Assembly (NCBI GenBank): GCA_046861655.1
Contig: JBHIAI010000025.1
Span: 1 to 18,065, forward strand
DNA: 18,065 nucleotides
Origin: Fidelibacterota bacterium
GTDB taxonomy: Bacteria > Fidelibacterota > Marinisomatia > Marinisomatales > S15-B10
Direction of reading: 5' to 3'
Each line of letters starts with the position of its first letter. The stretch's first letter is position 1. The position numbers were made by a program, and so were the translations under genes. This document shows, one piece after another, positions 15,579 to 18,065 of the stretch. The notes under the pieces were generated by a model. That model saw only the letters and a list, made by a program, of their open reading frames with translations. It was not told the origin of the DNA and searched no databases.

Positions 15579-16622
15579 ATGAAAACAATAAGGTTCATCG
15601 GTGTGTCCGTAGTAGGACTCTTCATCTTTTGGGCCTGCGAGGAGACCAATGAAGTGACGGGGCCTGAGGAGCAAAACCAGGAGGAAGAGGTTACCCCAGA
15701 GGAACAGCTTTTGGGAACCTGGGATTACGGTTCCTTTCAATTGAAGGTCACCGTGACGACGAACAAAGACCAGACCACTCTCGACCGGAATTCCGAAGGA
15801 GAAGGGAGTATTGAGGTTGTAGGGGCCGATACGGCTACGTTGACGTACATGACAGGTTTTTGGCAGGACGAGTATGGTACATCTGTTACCGTTTCCAATC
15901 GGCCATGGCTGGAGTGGGATGAATACCCGGTGTATACTCTTTATTGCTCTCGTTCCCAGTGGGGTACGTGGCTTGATCTATCCATCCAAACCCGTAATGG
16001 CTACCGTTCCTACTACGGGGAAGGTGTTATCTCCCTCGACTCTGAAACACACACATTGACAATCAGCGGTGTGGAACTGTATGACTGGGAGGATGAGGAG
16101 AGCGTTATTGTCACTGGGGAACTTGTAGGGGGCACGATGGACATTCCTGCCAATACGCCCACGGAAGTGGTCGACTTCACCGATGACGACCCTGATCAAG
16201 CCCTGAAATTCAAGGATAATGACCTGTTCATCTGGGTTTTCGATGATGAATGGTTCAATTCTGGTTTCTGGGAATTGGAGGCCGATACTCTTACGCTGTA
16301 TATTGATTACAACGGGGGTTATGTGGTTCATTACGTTTATACCTTGAGCGGGGATAGCCTGACTCTGGAATGGGAGGATGATCCGTGCGAATCTGACGAT
16401 GCCGTGTGTCTGGAACAGTATGAGTGGAGTTATGGCTTAGAGGAGGGAACGCTGACTTCCATCTTCTTTCAGACCAGGTACGAACTGTATCGATCAGGGG
16501 ATGAGCTCTTGGCTCTACATCTTCAAAGGGGTGACTGGACAAAAGGGGAATCCGTTTTCCGGTATTTTTTCGGTGGAGAAAGCCAGCACCGTTGGTTTAC
16601 CCGGCCAGTTCCTCATCGATAG
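15579..16622 (+). CDS. acidic beta-rich lipoprotein, lipocalin-like
   Basis: ATG at 15579 follows GGGAGGGG. Signal peptide with lipobox-like FWA|C. LLGTW, GFWELEADTLTL and YTLSGDSLTL strands. Confidence 0.8.
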   Translation: MKTIRFIGVSVVGLFIFWACEETNEVTGPEEQNQEEEVTPEEQLLGTWDYGSFQLKVTVTTNKDQTTLDRNSEGEGSIEVVGADTATLTYMTGFWQDEYGTSVTVSNRPWLEWDEYPVYTLYCSRSQWGTWLDLSIQTRNGYRSYYGEGVISLDSETHTLTISGVELYDWEDEESVIVTGELVGGTMDIPANTPTEVVDFTDDDPDQALKFKDNDLFIWVFDDEWFNSGFWELEADTLTLYIDYNGGYVVHYVYTLSGDSLTLEWEDDPCESDDAVCLEQYEWSYGLEEGTLTSIFFQTRYELYRSGDELLALHLQRGDWTKGESVFRYFFGGESQHRWFTRPVPHR

Positions 16623-16762
16623 AGCTCTCGGGTGAGACGTCGTTTTCGCTTGAGCTGTCGGTAGTCCACTTCAACCGAATCTATTCAACTCTCGTCAAGA
16701 AACTTGACATGTTGTCAGGCCATGTTCTGGTTTCGTGAATCCGAAACAAAAGGGGAGACCGC

Positions 16763-17347
16763 ATGAAGACATTCAGGAATATGATATCACTGTTCATAGT
16801 GTTTCTACTGGTACAGGGACGGGGTTTCAGTCAGGACGCCACAAAACAAGGTCAGACCAAGTGGGGTATCGGGATCGCCCTTGTCGGTGGCGGTATAGGA
16901 AGTTTGCTGGAACTTTTTGCTTTTGACGACGGGATTGCGGGTCCTGCTATCTTTATCCCAATAGACCTATCCCCACGGTTTAGGCTGGAGCCTGAAATAG
17001 GGTTACTGACAAGTTCCTCCAGTGATGACGGGTACTCTTCTTCCTCGACGGCACTGTCCCTCGGCCTCGGTCTTCTTCCTATGAGTCGAGCGGGCAACGT
17101 GAATGTGTACTATGGGGGCCGCCTTGGGATAACTCGGTCATCTTCTTCCTATGAATATGACGGAGACAGTGAGAAGGACTCTGAAAGCGCGTTCTTTGTA
17201 GCGGCGGTAGGGGGGGGAGAGTACCTTCTCGCAAACCGATTCACTCTTGGCGGAGAAGCCCAATTGAGACGGTTTTCTCTTGGCGGCGATACGGAATCAG
17301 CCACGATTAGTACGAGAGGACTTTTGTTCGTCCGTTTCTACTTTTGA
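16763..17347 (+). CDS. outer-membrane beta-barrel protein (small, about 8-stranded type)
   Basis: AGGGGAG SD, signal peptide, alternating amphipathic strands (FRLEPEIG, VYYGGRLG, GGEYLL..FTLGGEAQL) and terminal FVRFYF with C-terminal Phe. Confidence 0.85.
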   Translation: MKTFRNMISLFIVFLLVQGRGFSQDATKQGQTKWGIGIALVGGGIGSLLELFAFDDGIAGPAIFIPIDLSPRFRLEPEIGLLTSSSSDDGYSSSSTALSLGLGLLPMSRAGNVNVYYGGRLGITRSSSSYEYDGDSEKDSESAFFVAAVGGGEYLLANRFTLGGEAQLRRFSLGGDTESATISTRGLLFVRFYF

Positions 17348-17437
17348 TTCCACCAAACCTGTCTATCCTGAGTATTCCCGCCTTTTCACTGTTACTGTAG
17401 CTGAACAAGACGGCAAGTCTACCAAGGAGGTGATCAA

Positions 17438-17833
17438 ATGACCAACAAAATCACCGGAGGGATAATGACCCTTGTGCTGCCGCTGGGATCGTGCTGGTGA
17501 TTGCGTTACCGGCTGCTGGGGTGGGGATGGGAATGTTCCTAAGCGCTGCGTCTCTAATCTGGGTTGTGGGGGTGGCAGGCGGGTAAACGTACATGAAATA
17601 CGATAAGTCGTCTCCAACTTTGCCCGTTTTCAGGGAAAACCTGGTATTCGCTGGATTCACGGGTGCGGTGGTCGGGCTGATGATTACGTTTGCCGGGTAC
17701 GACCCCTCATCCTGGCATCGAAGGACTGGTGGCGGGGACTTCAGCATCGCTTCCGACAGTTCTCTACGGGTATTCCTTCGCGTATATCCTGGAGCCATTT
17801 TTCCAGACGAATCGACCGAAATCTAGGGGTTGA
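17438..17833 (+). pseudogene. disrupted small membrane protein with MotA/TolQ/ExbB-like TM motifs
   Basis: A perfect SD (AAGGAGGTGA) precedes ATG 17438. The reading frame shifts near 17475, hits TAA at 17584-17586, shifts back near 17710 and ends at TGA 17833. Reconstructed segments: GMGMFLSAASLIWVVGVAGG, AGFTGAVVGLMITF, GLVAGTSASLPTVLYGYSFAYILEPF. Confidence 0.55.
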
Positions 17834-17850
17834 ATTCATAAGGCTTGAGG

Positions 17851-17876
17851 AGGAAACCCGTCTCGACGGGTTTCCT
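17851..17876. terminator. strong hairpin between the convergent pseudogene and tRNA 3' end
   Basis: AGGAAACCCGTC-TC-GACGGGTTTCCT is a perfect 12-bp inverted repeat with no clear U-tract. A second short hairpin lies at 17882-17898. Confidence 0.55.
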
Positions 17877-17904
17877 GTCTGTGATACTGCCCGTATCAGG
17901 CAAG

Positions 17905-17976
17905 TGGGCCCTGAGGGACTCGAACCCCCAACCAACGGATTATGAGTCCGGTGCTCTACCATTGAGCTAAGGGCCC
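17905..17976 (-). tRNA. tRNA with CAT anticodon, most likely tRNA-Ile2 (lysidine); CCA not encoded
   Basis: GGGCCCTTAGCTCAATGGTAGAGCACCGGACTCATAATCCGTTGGTTGGGGGTTCGAGTCCCTCAGGGCCCA folds as a cloverleaf. It lacks the initiator C1:A72 mismatch and GGG/CCC anticodon stem, and the acceptor stem resembles Ile2 tRNAs. Extended -10-like TGCTATATT lies just upstream. Confidence 0.9.
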
Positions 17977-18065
17977 TGTGGAAATATAGCAAACTTTGGT
18001 CATTCCACCGGGCGAAAATTGTGACCATCAATTTTATGTACGCCTTCACACAACTCCTTCCCGGA

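Noticed and set aside
14010..17900. Integron cassette array or tRNA-integrated prophage/ICE
   Set aside because: No attC-like RYYYAAC...GTTRRRY structures, integrase or duplicated tRNA 3' end seen by eye.
17741..18049. 102-aa minus-strand ORF
   Set aside because: It reads through the tRNA gene and its hairpins and is spurious.
1..18065. CRISPR array or tandem repeat array
   Set aside because: No regularly spaced direct repeats were seen.

Overview
GC-rich bacterial chromosomal window. Gene content and the promoter-like motifs are suggestive of an FCB-group organism such as Marinimicrobia/Fidelibacterota (inference only). The left ~10.7 kb is mostly housekeeping. On the minus strand it runs tRNA-Val(CAC), C4 zinc-ribbon coiled-coil protein, RNase P RNA (rnpB), recJ, fabH, acyl-CoA dehydrogenase and a 7TM-HD (PgpH-like) gene truncated by the window edge. 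It also holds a DUF971 gene, an unknown secreted protein, a family I.5/I.6-like lipase, a DASS/SLC13 transporter and a small membrane protein. The right ~7 kb looks accessory. It opens with a 1,093-bp element carrying a RAYT-like Y1 HUH transposase, bounded by perfect 17-bp GGGG-terminated inverted repeats with no target duplication. A ClC-CBS-TrkA_C gene and an internally deleted relic of the same element family follow. After these comes a run of broken genes (mscS with a nonsense codon, truncated AIM24/TIGR00266, internally deleted rhodanese, a frameshifted MotA-like gene), interspersed with an intact lipoprotein and an outer-membrane beta-barrel. The window ends at a CAT-anticodon tRNA, probably Ile2. 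The most notable item is the inverted-repeat-bounded HUH element together with its relic.
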